From the UHGV virus genome UHGV-0185078: a stretch of 59,749 nt of DNA; one strand, given 5' to 3'. Made by a program: the position numbers and the translations under genes. Origin of the DNA: a virus. This document shows, piece by piece, positions 10,361 to 19,488 of this stretch (within the stretch, counting starts at the first letter, position 1; every line of letters begins with the position of its first letter). Under the pieces are notes generated by a model, which was given only the letters and a program-made list of their open reading frames with translations, was not told where the DNA came from and ran no database searches.

Positions 10361-10442
10361 TGGGACTCCTTTGTGTTGTTGTCAAGGTTCAATTCTAATA
10401 TACTTGTTGTGTTGAGTAAGTCAAATAAATGTGGGAGATATT

Positions 10443-13400
10443 ATGGCAACTCGTTTACGTGGTACTTTAGTTGATGGTTTAAATAAACCAATTGTCAACG
10501 CTACAGTTGCGCTTTTAGCGAAAGGGAATAGCTTATTGGTATTGTCCGGTAGTGAAGCTATCTTTAAAACAAGCGCAACCGGAACATATGATATTACAGT
10601 CCAAACAGGCTATTACAAGGTTATTATCGGTCCGCAAGGTAGCGAGCCTTATAAAGCTGGTGAAATTGCTATTTACGCGGACAGTAAAGAAGGTACGCTG
10701 AATAACTATTTAACTTCCTGGGCACCGGAAGAGTTAACTCCGGAAGTTATTGCACAGGTTAAAGATTTAGTTTCACAAGCTGAGACAGCTAAGAATGCTT
10801 CTGCTGCATCTGCAACTAAATCCGAGCAAGAACGCGTTAAAGCAGAAGCTGCGGCACAGAATGCTGTAAACACCGCTAACGGTATGAAGGCATCTATTGG
10901 TCTGACTACCGCGCCTAGACATGTTGCAGATATTACAGTCAATCCGTCATCATTCTTGGGTTTTATACGGATTTTACGGTCTAGTACAGTAGGTTATCCG
11001 GATATCGCGTCCTCAGAAAACGCATTGGCCGGTTTTGTCTCCGCTATGGATGGAACCCCTGGATTTATAGGTGTTTTTGTTGGAGACATGACCGGGACTA
11101 TATATAGCTATAGATGGATTAAGGACGTTGGTGTTACATGGTGGAAGCAAGTTAACTATTCTACTGTCAACAGATATACCCAGCTAAACGCAGAAACTAA
11201 TTTTACAAACCAATTAGGCAATGCAAAACTCCTCATAGATAATAATAAAGTTTGGGGAGCATATGATAATGAAAATAAACGCTTCATACCTCTAGCAATA
11301 GCTCAAGGTGGTACAGGAGGAACTACTGACGCGGATGCTCGTACAAACTTAAGACTTGGTTCTAACGATACACCTCAATTCAGAAACCTTAATCTTGTTA
11401 CAGTAGCAGACTCCGCACAAGCGCCTTCCGGCATTGTGAGCGGTTATTTAAATAATAGCTCTGGAGTTCAAAGATGCCGCTACCGCATATATTCTGAAAT
11501 AAGAGGTGACAATAAAGCGTGGTTAACCTTACACCTTCAATCAGACACAGCAACAAATAAATATGCTGGTCTAAGCGTTGATGGTAATTTTCAAATCAAT
11601 GGAAATTTTATTGGTAATGCTTTGCAGTTGTCAGACGCTCCAAATTCCAGGATTAATCTACAGTTAGATCGTTTTTATCAAAGTGCTAACGAAACGGTTA
11701 TTTATACTCCGTCTCGTCAAGCATATATGACAATTTCTAATAACAAGACTTGGGGTGCTTATGACGCGGAAGCTCAAAACTTCATCCCTTTACCTATTAA
11801 TAGGGGAGGGACTGGTGCTTTAACAATATCCGACGCTAAGACTAATCTTCAAATTCCGTCTGTAGGTGGGGGTGATTGGTTAACTTATAACGCTCCTCCT
11901 GGCGTGGAAGCTGGAAAGTATTATCCAGTTATCATCGATATGGCATACAGCTCTTTATATGCTTCTGGTGCTTTTATAGATATAAAGACACGTTCTGCCG
12001 CTGGTGACGATCCAATGAACTGTTGCACTTTTAACGGATTTATTAGATGTGGTGGTTGGAGCGACCGAAAAGACGGCGGTTATGGTTACTTTAACAACTA
12101 TGCAAGAAATGAAATTGCTATGAAATGTATTCTTTCTTCATCTAAAGATGCGGAAAGATACGTTGCAATATATGTTGAAGGTCGTGGTTTCCCTCTTCAA
12201 TTGCGTGTCCCTGCATTCTGTGAAGTAACAGTACCAACATCAAACTTTACTTATAAAAATACAACCTATGCGTGGGGTACAGCTAACCCTGCAACGGATT
12301 CTGTAGCTATAAACACCTTATTTGATTTTTCATTAAACCGCGTTGGTTTTTACCAGGCCACGACAGAAGGTAATTATTATATCGGAAATGGGGAACGTAT
12401 TGTTTTATCTAACGGAATGTCTGTGGGTGAAGAGTTAAGTCTAACCACACCTAAAGTGTCTTTCAGTGGAACCATTGCGGCTGGTAACGGTGTCATTGCA
12501 GATGGAACATCTGTATCCAACGCTACTTTTTATAGCCGTTATCGTGTTGGTGACGTAATATATGGCAGCGAGTTTCGCGCAAGTGAAAATGCTGGTCAAA
12601 TTATAGTCCGCGATCCAACGGGTGGGACTGCGCATCAATTCTTTAACTTCAATCTCAACGGGACATTCAGCGCCCCCGCTGGTTTGCTATCTTCTACTGG
12701 AGTAGATTGGAACGGTCAGATTAATACCGTCAATAAATTCTATGGGATTGCTGGACAAGTTAACACACCAGAAAACAATGTGGTTTATGGTGGTATACAT
12801 GTTGGATTCAGCGGCAACTATGCTTTCCAGATATGCGGAAGGAAAGGTAAATCCTTCTTCCGCACATTTGAAGCAGGAGTAGAAGGACAATGGCAACAAT
12901 TAGTAACTAAAGGGAACTACGGAGTTGGTCTAATTGGAACTTTTAAACCGGAAGATGGTTCAAGTGGTTTTTACACTGATTCCGATGGGGCAAATACTTG
13001 GTCGCCCGCTAACGGAGGGGGTTTTCAATCTTCGTATACTCAGCAGCGAATATTCCAATTTTGGATGACATCAAGCTCGCAGGGGTTTATTCGTTTTAAC
13101 AATAGCGGTAACGCGCAAGCGTCTAAGACAGATAGACCTTGGACAACGCTTCAAGCTGCTGGTACATCTGATATTAACTTCAAACGTGTTCACGGTGAAA
13201 TGGACACAGATGTTGCGTTAGATAATATTAGCAAGCTTGAATTTGTTTATTTCAACTACTTGTCCGACGGTCCGGAGCGTGAAATCCGTAGGGGTATTAT
13301 TGCTCAACAGGCCCAGGAAGTTGATCCTGAATATGTACATAGTGCTGAAACATCCGGAAAAATGACTTTGGATTCTAACCCATTGTTATTGGATGCATTA

Positions 13401-13529
13401 GCTGCAATACAATCCCTCAAGAAAAAGGATCAAGATAATAAAGACCGCATTAGCAAGCTTGAAACTGAAGTTGAGGAACTCAAAAAGCTAGTTGCTACGC
13501 TTGTTAATAAAGATCAACCATTACCATAA
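10443..13529 (+). CDS. tail fiber protein with C-terminal intramolecular chaperone (peptidase S74-like) domain
   Basis: ATG 10443 after GGGAGA RBS; repeated GGTG..A.TNL fiber motifs; C-terminus SDINFKRV...GIIAQQAQEVDPEYV...LLLDALAAIQSLKK matches the endosialidase-chaperone pattern. Confidence 0.8.
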   Translation: MATRLRGTLVDGLNKPIVNATVALLAKGNSLLVLSGSEAIFKTSATGTYDITVQTGYYKVIIGPQGSEPYKAGEIAIYADSKEGTLNNYLTSWAPEELTPEVIAQVKDLVSQAETAKNASAASATKSEQERVKAEAAAQNAVNTANGMKASIGLTTAPRHVADITVNPSSFLGFIRILRSSTVGYPDIASSENALAGFVSAMDGTPGFIGVFVGDMTGTIYSYRWIKDVGVTWWKQVNYSTVNRYTQLNAETNFTNQLGNAKLLIDNNKVWGAYDNENKRFIPLAIAQGGTGGTTDADARTNLRLGSNDTPQFRNLNLVTVADSAQAPSGIVSGYLNNSSGVQRCRYRIYSEIRGDNKAWLTLHLQSDTATNKYAGLSVDGNFQINGNFIGNALQLSDAPNSRINLQLDRFYQSANETVIYTPSRQAYMTISNNKTWGAYDAEAQNFIPLPINRGGTGALTISDAKTNLQIPSVGGGDWLTYNAPPGVEAGKYYPVIIDMAYSSLYASGAFIDIKTRSAAGDDPMNCCTFNGFIRCGGWSDRKDGGYGYFNNYARNEIAMKCILSSSKDAERYVAIYVEGRGFPLQLRVPAFCEVTVPTSNFTYKNTTYAWGTANPATDSVAINTLFDFSLNRVGFYQATTEGNYYIGNGERIVLSNGMSVGEELSLTTPKVSFSGTIAAGNGVIADGTSVSNATFYSRYRVGDVIYGSEFRASENAGQIIVRDPTGGTAHQFFNFNLNGTFSAPAGLLSSTGVDWNGQINTVNKFYGIAGQVNTPENNVVYGGIHVGFSGNYAFQICGRKGKSFFRTFEAGVEGQWQQLVTKGNYGVGLIGTFKPEDGSSGFYTDSDGANTWSPANGGGFQSSYTQQRIFQFWMTSSSQGFIRFNNSGNAQASKTDRPWTTLQAAGTSDINFKRVHGEMDTDVALDNISKLEFVYFNYLSDGPEREIRRGIIAQQAQEVDPEYVHSAETSGKMTLDSNPLLLDALAAIQSLKKKDQDNKDRISKLETEVEELKKLVATLVNKDQPLP

Positions 13530-13546
13530 CCACATCTAACTTCAAC

Positions 13547-13571
13547 AGCGCGTCTTCGGGCGCGCTTTTTA
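13547..13571 (+). terminator. rho-independent terminator after tail fiber gene
   Basis: agcgcgtcttcgggcgcgct hairpin followed by ttttt. Confidence 0.7.
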
Positions 13572-13700
13572 TTGGCTGTCAATCCTGATTTACAAAATCT
13601 TTACATATGGATCATTGTAAAAAGCATGTTAAGGGGTATGCTTTACTTCGTAACCAGTTGGTTACATCCGCTTAACAAATCCATATATGGAGATTTTCCT

Positions 13701-14408
13701 ATGTCTGACATGACTCTTTTACCTACTAATCTCGGTGGCGACGGTTTCGGCGGTGAAGCTGGTGCGGCTGGTATCGGTGGCGCGATCGGTGGCTTAATTG
13801 GTTCCTGGATCGGTAATGGTTGGGGTGGCAATGGTGGTTGGGGTGGTCGCGGTAACTTCGCTGGCCCGGTGGAAGTGCAAGCTTCTGTTGACACCAACGC
13901 AATTCTGCAAGCTATCAACAACGGTACTCTTCAGACCATTCAGGGGCAGAACGGTACTAACCTGACTGTTGAGCGCTCCGCTGCTTCTACCTATAACGGC
14001 ATCACTCAGCAGAACACTCAGAACATGCTGGCTTCCGTTCAGGGCTTTGCTGGTCTGAACACGCAAATTCAGGGTGGCACCAGCCAAGTGCTCGCGGCTC
14101 TGTGTAGCAACGAAGCGGCTAACATTACCCGTTCTTTCCAGGCCCAGTTAGCAGCCGAGAAGTGTTGCTGCGAAACCAACCTGAACATCGAGCGTCAAGC
14201 TGAAGCTACCCGTGCGCTAATCCGTGACCAGCACGCACAGGCGCAAGCAGTTCTGATCTGTGACCTGAAATCTCAGTTGCAGGAAGCTCGCTTTGCAAAC
14301 TCTCAGTTGGCACAAACGGCTGGTCTTACTTGTAAGATCAATCAGGTTGAGCAGTTAGTTAACTTTAAACTGCCAACTCCTCCAACTCCTCCGACTGGCT
14401 GCTGCTAA
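13701..14408 (+). CDS. glycine-zipper / Cys-cluster protein of unknown function (possible fiber-associated adhesin)
   Basis: ATG 13701 after GGAGA RBS; N-terminal GGDGFGGEAGAAGIGGAIGGLIGSWIGNGWGGNGGWGG, Gln/Asn/Thr-rich middle, CCC motif and C-terminal PTPPTPPTGCC. Confidence 0.55.
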   Translation: MSDMTLLPTNLGGDGFGGEAGAAGIGGAIGGLIGSWIGNGWGGNGGWGGRGNFAGPVEVQASVDTNAILQAINNGTLQTIQGQNGTNLTVERSAASTYNGITQQNTQNMLASVQGFAGLNTQIQGGTSQVLAALCSNEAANITRSFQAQLAAEKCCCETNLNIERQAEATRALIRDQHAQAQAVLICDLKSQLQEARFANSQLAQTAGLTCKINQVEQLVNFKLPTPPTPPTGCC

Positions 14409-14429
14409 TCGTTGAAGTGTGGTTAAACT

Positions 14430-14464
14430 AAAGCGCCTTTCGCTCCTCCGCTTGGGGCGCTTTT
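14430..14464 (+). terminator. candidate terminator after Gly-rich protein gene
   Basis: aagcgcc...ggcgctt inverted repeat (long loop) followed by ttt. Confidence 0.35.
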
Positions 14465-14479
14465 AACAGAGGTACTATC

Positions 14480-14848
14480 ATGAGCCACATTAAAATCGCA
14501 ACGATGGGAATGCCACGGGTCAAATTGCCTAAGGTTGCTTTACCTCGCATTAGCGTAGGCGAGCACCACCATGAACATGAGAAAGAGGAATATAAACATG
14601 CTCACTCTTATGCTCGAGATCATGAACATATGGCAGCTATGTCAAATGTTCTTGACCGGATGGAAGAACCTCCGCATACGTGGGCGGCGTACCACGACAA
14701 GCCCGGCGGTATGATGTCCATCGTTGAAATGGAATACCGCGAATTAATGGAGTGTAAGAAAGAAGGCGACCGCGCAGGGATCATGAAAGAGTTGACTGAT
14801 CTTGCCGCAGCTTGTACTTGCGCTCTTCAAAAAATGAAAGATATGTAA
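14480..14848 (+). CDS. His-rich protein, possible MazG-like nucleotide pyrophosphohydrolase domain
   Basis: 122 aa; HHHEHEKEEYKHAHSYARDHEH stretch; C-terminal EYRELMEC...KELTDLAAA resembles ExxE...ExxD of all-alpha NTP pyrophosphatases. Confidence 0.35.
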   Translation: MSHIKIATMGMPRVKLPKVALPRISVGEHHHEHEKEEYKHAHSYARDHEHMAAMSNVLDRMEEPPHTWAAYHDKPGGMMSIVEMEYRELMECKKEGDRAGIMKELTDLAAACTCALQKMKDM

Positions 14849-14863
14849 GAATAGGAAGCCGAC

Positions 14864-15394
14864 ATGCAAAACGTAAACGCAGGAATGGGCGTAACCCAGT
14901 TCAACGGGATGAAACCGAAAAACTCCATCAACATGGGCGGTGTTGATTGGACGTTACGTCGGGACGCTACCGATTCAACTACCATGTTCCCACACCAGAA
15001 GGTGAGCTGGCTTAATGCAGGCTGTGAACCTATGGGTGATGGAAGGGTTCATTACTGTTGGATTATGGGGGTGATACCGCCTACGCCGGGCACTATCGAA
15101 CGACCCGTGAATGTGATGTATGTCGGCTTCCACCAGTTTAAAATCACGATCGCTCCAAACTCCATTAGTCAGTCTGATCTTGATCGTATGCACGTTTACG
15201 TCAGCGATGGTACAGACTTTGCAGGGGATTTTATTAATAAGTTTCTTGGTATGCAACCTGAGCAGCCTGTAGAAGCACGCGAGCATATTAGCCCGTGGCC
15301 ACCCATGATTGATCAGGAAGTGCTGCAACCAAAGACCGCTCAAACGGTCCCTCAGAAACCGGAGCAGAAGGTGAAACCAAATGACGAAGAATGA
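14864..15394 (+). CDS. hypothetical protein
   Basis: 176 aa ORF with AGGAAG RBS. Confidence 0.45.
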   Translation: MQNVNAGMGVTQFNGMKPKNSINMGGVDWTLRRDATDSTTMFPHQKVSWLNAGCEPMGDGRVHYCWIMGVIPPTPGTIERPVNVMYVGFHQFKITIAPNSISQSDLDRMHVYVSDGTDFAGDFINKFLGMQPEQPVEAREHISPWPPMIDQEVLQPKTAQTVPQKPEQKVKPNDEE

Positions 15395-15665
15395 AGGTAT
15401 TGATAAAGTTGTTGAAGGACTTTCTATTCGTGCTCATGTTATAGCCGATGAAGGTCATGATCAACTTACTATTATGAAATCCGCATTCAGCGATTTCAAG
15501 TCGCTTGGAAACTTAAGCGGGTTAATGACAGTAGTGTCGACCGGAAAATTAACGCAGCAGCAAATCAGTCTAGCTCAACGTATTGCTGTTAAAGTTATTG
15601 CGGTACTTGGGATGATTGAAGCTGAAAAGCCCAGTTCCAAGCAGGATAACGAAAGCGACCTTTAA
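15381..15665 (+). CDS. hypothetical protein
   Basis: 94 aa ORF, GGTGA RBS, overlaps upstream gene end. Confidence 0.45.
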   Translation: MTKNEGIDKVVEGLSIRAHVIADEGHDQLTIMKSAFSDFKSLGNLSGLMTVVSTGKLTQQQISLAQRIAVKVIAVLGMIEAEKPSSKQDNESDL

Positions 15666-15676
15666 GGAGGTCTACG

Positions 15677-15880
15677 ATGTGTGGTAATACTAACCGTTGC
15701 TGTCTAGGCAGTCCTGCAACACAAGCAGGTATACTTCAGGGGCAATTGGCTCAAGCGGCGTGTAATTGCAAAACTTTTCAACCAGTAGCCCCAACTCCTG
15801 TTTTTGTGAATGCTTTTGCACCGCCTGTTTTCAATACTTTTGGCGTATACCCATACGGTGCTTTCTTTCGTATATTCTAA
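15677..15880 (+). CDS. small Cys-rich hypothetical protein
   Basis: 67 aa, AGGAGG RBS; MCGNTNRCC...ACNC; last gene of the rightward unit before a bidirectional terminator. Confidence 0.45.
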   Translation: MCGNTNRCCLGSPATQAGILQGQLAQAACNCKTFQPVAPTPVFVNAFAPPVFNTFGVYPYGAFFRIF

Positions 15881-15887
15881 GAAGAGA

Positions 15888-15913
15888 AAAGGGGGCAAAC
15901 GCCCCCTTTCTTT
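15888..15913. terminator. bidirectional terminator at the convergence of rightward and leftward units
   Basis: aaagggggc-aaac-gcccccttt perfect hairpin with A-run upstream and T-run downstream. Confidence 0.65.
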
Positions 15914-16193
15914 AACGCTTATGAAAAGCTGACAGGATTGCAAGTGTTACAGCACCCAATCCAACGACGGTAGCATAAGTGAGTTGATGTTGAACTTTAA
16001 CAAAACCGTAATGGGTGCTAGGGATCTCCACAACCCCAAACGCCATAGCAAAACTTGTCCCAAGCAGTGCAACAGCAAGGGCGCGTAATAACGCCCTGCT
16101 CATTGCTGTAAAGCCCTTCTCATTACTATCTCCGGTCATTATAACAACAATGATTAGAAATAGCGCAACGACAACTAATAGATATTCCATCAT
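15912..16193 (-). CDS. small membrane protein
   Basis: 93 aa with 2-3 predicted hydrophobic helices. Confidence 0.45.
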   Translation of the reverse strand: MMEYLLVVVALFLIIVVIMTGDSNEKGFTAMSRALLRALAVALLGTSFAMAFGVVEIPSTHYGFVKVQHQLTYATVVGLGAVTLAILSAFHKR

Positions 16194-16396
16194 TTGCGTT
16201 TCCTGTACATGTATTGATCATATGCAGTCGCAATAATAGTGACTGGCCAGCAAGCAAGTATACATAGAAGACTCACAAGCTTCTCCCAACGTTTCTTATG
16301 GGCTATCGCATAACCATAGTTATCCCAACAAAAGAAATAAGTCATTGCCGCAATAACTGCGCCGATTACAAAATACATAACTACATATTCATTCAT
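16190..16396 (-). CDS. small membrane protein
   Basis: 68 aa, two hydrophobic segments; ATG overlaps upstream stop (ATGA); GGAG RBS. Confidence 0.45.
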   Translation of the reverse strand: MNEYVVMYFVIGAVIAAMTYFFCWDNYGYAIAHKKRWEKLVSLLCILACWPVTIIATAYDQYMYRKRK

Positions 16397-16584
16397 TTAG
16401 CAAACTCCCAAATTAGATTATAATTATTGCCCACTGGTACATAACGCCCTGGACGTGAGTCGAAGCTTTTCACTGAAAATTCCAGCGTTCCAGCGCTATA
16501 TAATTGCACCTTCTGCCCGTCCCACGGTCCACCTATCAATTTAAAAGTCTGTCGATAACCTTTTGCTGCTCTAGCCATATTCAC
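16393..16584 (-). CDS. hypothetical protein
   Basis: 63 aa ORF with GGAG RBS. Confidence 0.4.
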   Translation of the reverse strand: MNMARAAKGYRQTFKLIGGPWDGQKVQLYSAGTLEFSVKSFDSRPGRYVPVGNNYNLIWEFAK

Positions 16585-16592
16585 TCCTTAAA

Positions 16593-16614
16593 ATACCCGC
16601 GCGAACGCGGGTAT
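16593..16614 (-). terminator. hairpin terminator within the small-protein operon
   Basis: atacccgcg-cgaa-cgcgggtat perfect palindrome; U-rich on the minus-strand 3' side. Confidence 0.5.
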
Positions 16615-16621
16615 TATTTTA

Positions 16622-16828
16622 TTACGCTTCCGGTGATTCCGGAGTTGGCTCATTTGGAACAACAATAACGTCCGCTAAAACTTTTAACGCTTCTTGCTGC
16701 TCCGCGGTCATATTATTCCAGTAATAGACGTGAATGTAAACTACTGGTTTGTCACCATGTTGCCACGGTTCGCGACTTACTACATCCGCAGCTAAATCGC
16801 TTGCTACGCTCTTTTCTTTACCAGCCAT
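16622..16828 (-). CDS. hypothetical acidic protein
   Basis: 68 aa ORF followed by a terminator hairpin. Confidence 0.4.
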   Translation of the reverse strand: MAGKEKSVASDLAADVVSREPWQHGDKPVVYIHVYYWNNMTAEQQEALKVLADVIVVPNEPTPESPEA

Positions 16829-16860
16829 GCTAATATACCCCTTTAAGGTTTTACACGCGG

Positions 16861-17154
16861 CTAGCCCCCAAAAGCACCCCTATGATCAAGGGTTCTAATG
16901 CGCTGCTCCAGCCAACGTGCGTTCTTTTCAAAATGTTTATTGGTACGCGCTGCTTTGCACGCATCAATAATACCTAACTCACATCCAAGCTGCGTTTGTC
17001 CCATCACGTAAGAATGGGTTAACATGCTGGATACAAGATCTTCACATTGTAACTTAATAGGATGGTCTTGGCATAGTTTCTTTGCTGCATCTTTTAAATC
17101 CACAGCTTGGACACCAGGCGCTATCAGCAAAGTTACGAGTAATAAACGTTTCAT
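16861..17154 (-). CDS. small secreted protein (signal peptide, 4 Cys)
   Basis: 97 aa, MKRLLLVTLLIAPGVQA signal-peptide-like N-terminus. Confidence 0.45.
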   Translation of the reverse strand: MKRLLLVTLLIAPGVQAVDLKDAAKKLCQDHPIKLQCEDLVSSMLTHSYVMGQTQLGCELGIIDACKAARTNKHFEKNARWLEQRIRTLDHRGAFGG

Positions 17155-17438
17155 TATGCTTTCCCTTTACGGCATAAGGCTTGAAGTTCCAGAAGCGCAT
17201 CAATGTCTTCCTGTGGAGTTACACCAACGTGAATTGGATATTTAGCACGGCATTCGTAGCCAACGTCAACAGTGTGGTTAATGTAGCCGTAAACACATCC
17301 ACCAATAACAGTGAAGATAAGCGCAACAATCATTGTAAGGTATTTACCTTGTTTGCGTTCTTCATTTTGTTTATTAAGCTGACGGTTAAGTTCCACCGCG
17401 TCAATTTTACCTTTATTGTAATCGTCTACTAAGCTCAT
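17154..17438 (-). CDS. membrane-anchored hypothetical protein
   Basis: Start set to ATG 17438 (AGGAGA RBS 7 nt upstream) rather than the TTG at 17510; one central hydrophobic helix. Confidence 0.45.
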   Translation of the reverse strand: MSLVDDYNKGKIDAVELNRQLNKQNEERKQGKYLTMIVALIFTVIGGCVYGYINHTVDVGYECRAKYPIHVGVTPQEDIDALLELQALCRKGKA

Positions 17439-17502
17439 TTTGCATCTCCTCTTGTTGTATGCATATATTAAAACAGACCAGCGAATGGTCTGCAAGTAGA
17501 AT

Positions 17503-19488
17503 TTAGGCATATCCCATGTCTTCGAGATACTTCTCTGCTTTAGCTATATAAGCATCATAATCTATGTCGTCCGGTATTTTATCCGGTAGCGTCATGATTG
17601 GGACACCTCCCGCGCTACCAGCTACACGGTTGCCCGAGTTAGCATAAATTATTTCGGGAGTTTCTTCATTGGTGCTTAAATACCAGCGTACAACCTTACC
17701 CAAAAATTCGCCATTCCATACCGCGCCACCTTTCACCGCACGTAGGATAATGAATTTTCTAATATCGTTGCAATTGCGTATAGTACGAGAAACAGGCGTA
17801 CCGTGGGCCAGGCATTCGCATACAGCTTCCATGATAATTTCACCAGTACAGTTCTTTTGAAGTCCTGTCTTAGCAAACCAGCCTTTACGTTTAACTTCAA
17901 TGTTACCTTCTGCATCAGGTTCTTTGACAGCTACATAGTTGTTAACGTTCGCACTATATAGCTTGTCATAATAAGTGGATTCCATTTCAAAACCTGTGAC
18001 GGATTCCCACCACTTGATCATGTTATCAACGAAGTCTTGCATGTGGTCAGGATACTTAACCACAATACCATCGGTATTTGCTGAAATTACTTTAACACCG
18101 TTCAGCTCAAATGCTTCAATAAGCATTAACAGTGATAGTTGCCCTGTGATAGTTACCTGTATCAATAATTGCGGCGCGTACAGTACGGACCACATGGACC
18201 CTAACTTACCGAACGATCCGTTGATTACGATCTTCAGCGTGTTGGCTGTGTTCTTGTCCCCTGAGTGCTTAGCTGCAATACGGCGATCTACAATACTTTT
18301 ATAAACACGAAGGAACGCTGGTCCCAACTGCTCAGGGTATAATCCCTGATTAAGAATAATTGAAGGGTAATAGGACGTTACGTCAATGTCCCGCTTCTTA
18401 ATACCGGGCTCTTTACCGTGACCAGCACACTCTTCGGAGCTGTGCAAACCGCCAATACCCATACGGTAGACACCGTCCGCAATCTTGATTTCAAGACCTG
18501 TTAACGCTGGAGGCAGGCTAACGCCACCGTTATCGCTAACAATAAAGCGGCAGTCCCGAACAATATCCAAAACACTGTTCATCAGAGGTGTTTGAAAACG
18601 AATAAAGTCCGGTATGTTATACGCATACTTTGTTCCAGGATAAACTTGTGGACGCTGCGGACGCACACCAGTTAACGCTTGAATTTCGTGTTTAATTACG
18701 TCTTCTGCAATCTGTGCATCAGACCGTGAACGCAGATCCACACCGTATTCTTTCGACATAATTTCACGAAGGTGCAAAGGCTCTTGCAATGCAATAAAAC
18801 ATTCTTCCGTCTGTACAAGGTCGTTAATACAGTACCAGCGTACAATTAACATCTGGTCCTGCGTCAACATTGTATTTGGCTTGAACGGTAAATCCTGCAT
18901 ACGGCGAGTATGTACACGTCCGCCATATTGTTTCAAACCACCGGACCCAGGCAGCACTTCCATGATATCAATGTGGTTAACGTTCTGCATACGCTTGAGA
19001 CGGTAACTCTTCAATACATCAGAAGGACGCCAGTCTTCAACGATTATTTTATCGGTCGCGTCTTTAAGCTGCGCATTAGAACAGCCGTTAAGCGCAAGCG
19101 TAGCAATGGGCATATCGTACCCGTTACCGTTAAAACTCACGATAAGGAAGTTTGTCATTACCCAGTTAAGTAGCAAGCAATTCAAACTACAACCGTGATA
19201 CATTTCGAAGTAGACAACTTTCTTAGTTCGTACTCCGCGAAATGCAATTAAGAAATAGTTTGGATAACATTCGATATCGTATACAAGCGGTTCGCGGTTA
19301 ATCCATGCTTGAATAAGTTCATCCTGCGTATACAGGTTGTATTGGAAGTTCCGCGCTTCCTCAAGGTTAGGTAGATAATCCGGGCGCTCCCAAGTGCGCT
19401 CCGGCGGTAAACGTTTAACCTTTTCTTTCTTCACTTTTGGCTCAGGCGGTAAGTCCTGCCAAAAGAAACCAATAGCATCTGTCCGCAT
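17503..19488 (-). CDS. DNA polymerase, family B (with 3'-5' exonuclease domain)
   Basis: Exo I YDIE, Exo II NGNGYDMP, Exo III YCINDLV; pol motif A DVTSYYPSII, motif B KIVINGSFGKLG, motif C NTDGIVV; ATG 19488 overlaps upstream stop (TAATG). Confidence 0.85.
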   Translation of the reverse strand: MRTDAIGFFWQDLPPEPKVKKEKVKRLPPERTWERPDYLPNLEEARNFQYNLYTQDELIQAWINREPLVYDIECYPNYFLIAFRGVRTKKVVYFEMYHGCSLNCLLLNWVMTNFLIVSFNGNGYDMPIATLALNGCSNAQLKDATDKIIVEDWRPSDVLKSYRLKRMQNVNHIDIMEVLPGSGGLKQYGGRVHTRRMQDLPFKPNTMLTQDQMLIVRWYCINDLVQTEECFIALQEPLHLREIMSKEYGVDLRSRSDAQIAEDVIKHEIQALTGVRPQRPQVYPGTKYAYNIPDFIRFQTPLMNSVLDIVRDCRFIVSDNGGVSLPPALTGLEIKIADGVYRMGIGGLHSSEECAGHGKEPGIKKRDIDVTSYYPSIILNQGLYPEQLGPAFLRVYKSIVDRRIAAKHSGDKNTANTLKIVINGSFGKLGSMWSVLYAPQLLIQVTITGQLSLLMLIEAFELNGVKVISANTDGIVVKYPDHMQDFVDNMIKWWESVTGFEMESTYYDKLYSANVNNYVAVKEPDAEGNIEVKRKGWFAKTGLQKNCTGEIIMEAVCECLAHGTPVSRTIRNCNDIRKFIILRAVKGGAVWNGEFLGKVVRWYLSTNEETPEIIYANSGNRVAGSAGGVPIMTLPDKIPDDIDYDAYIAKAEKYLEDMGYA

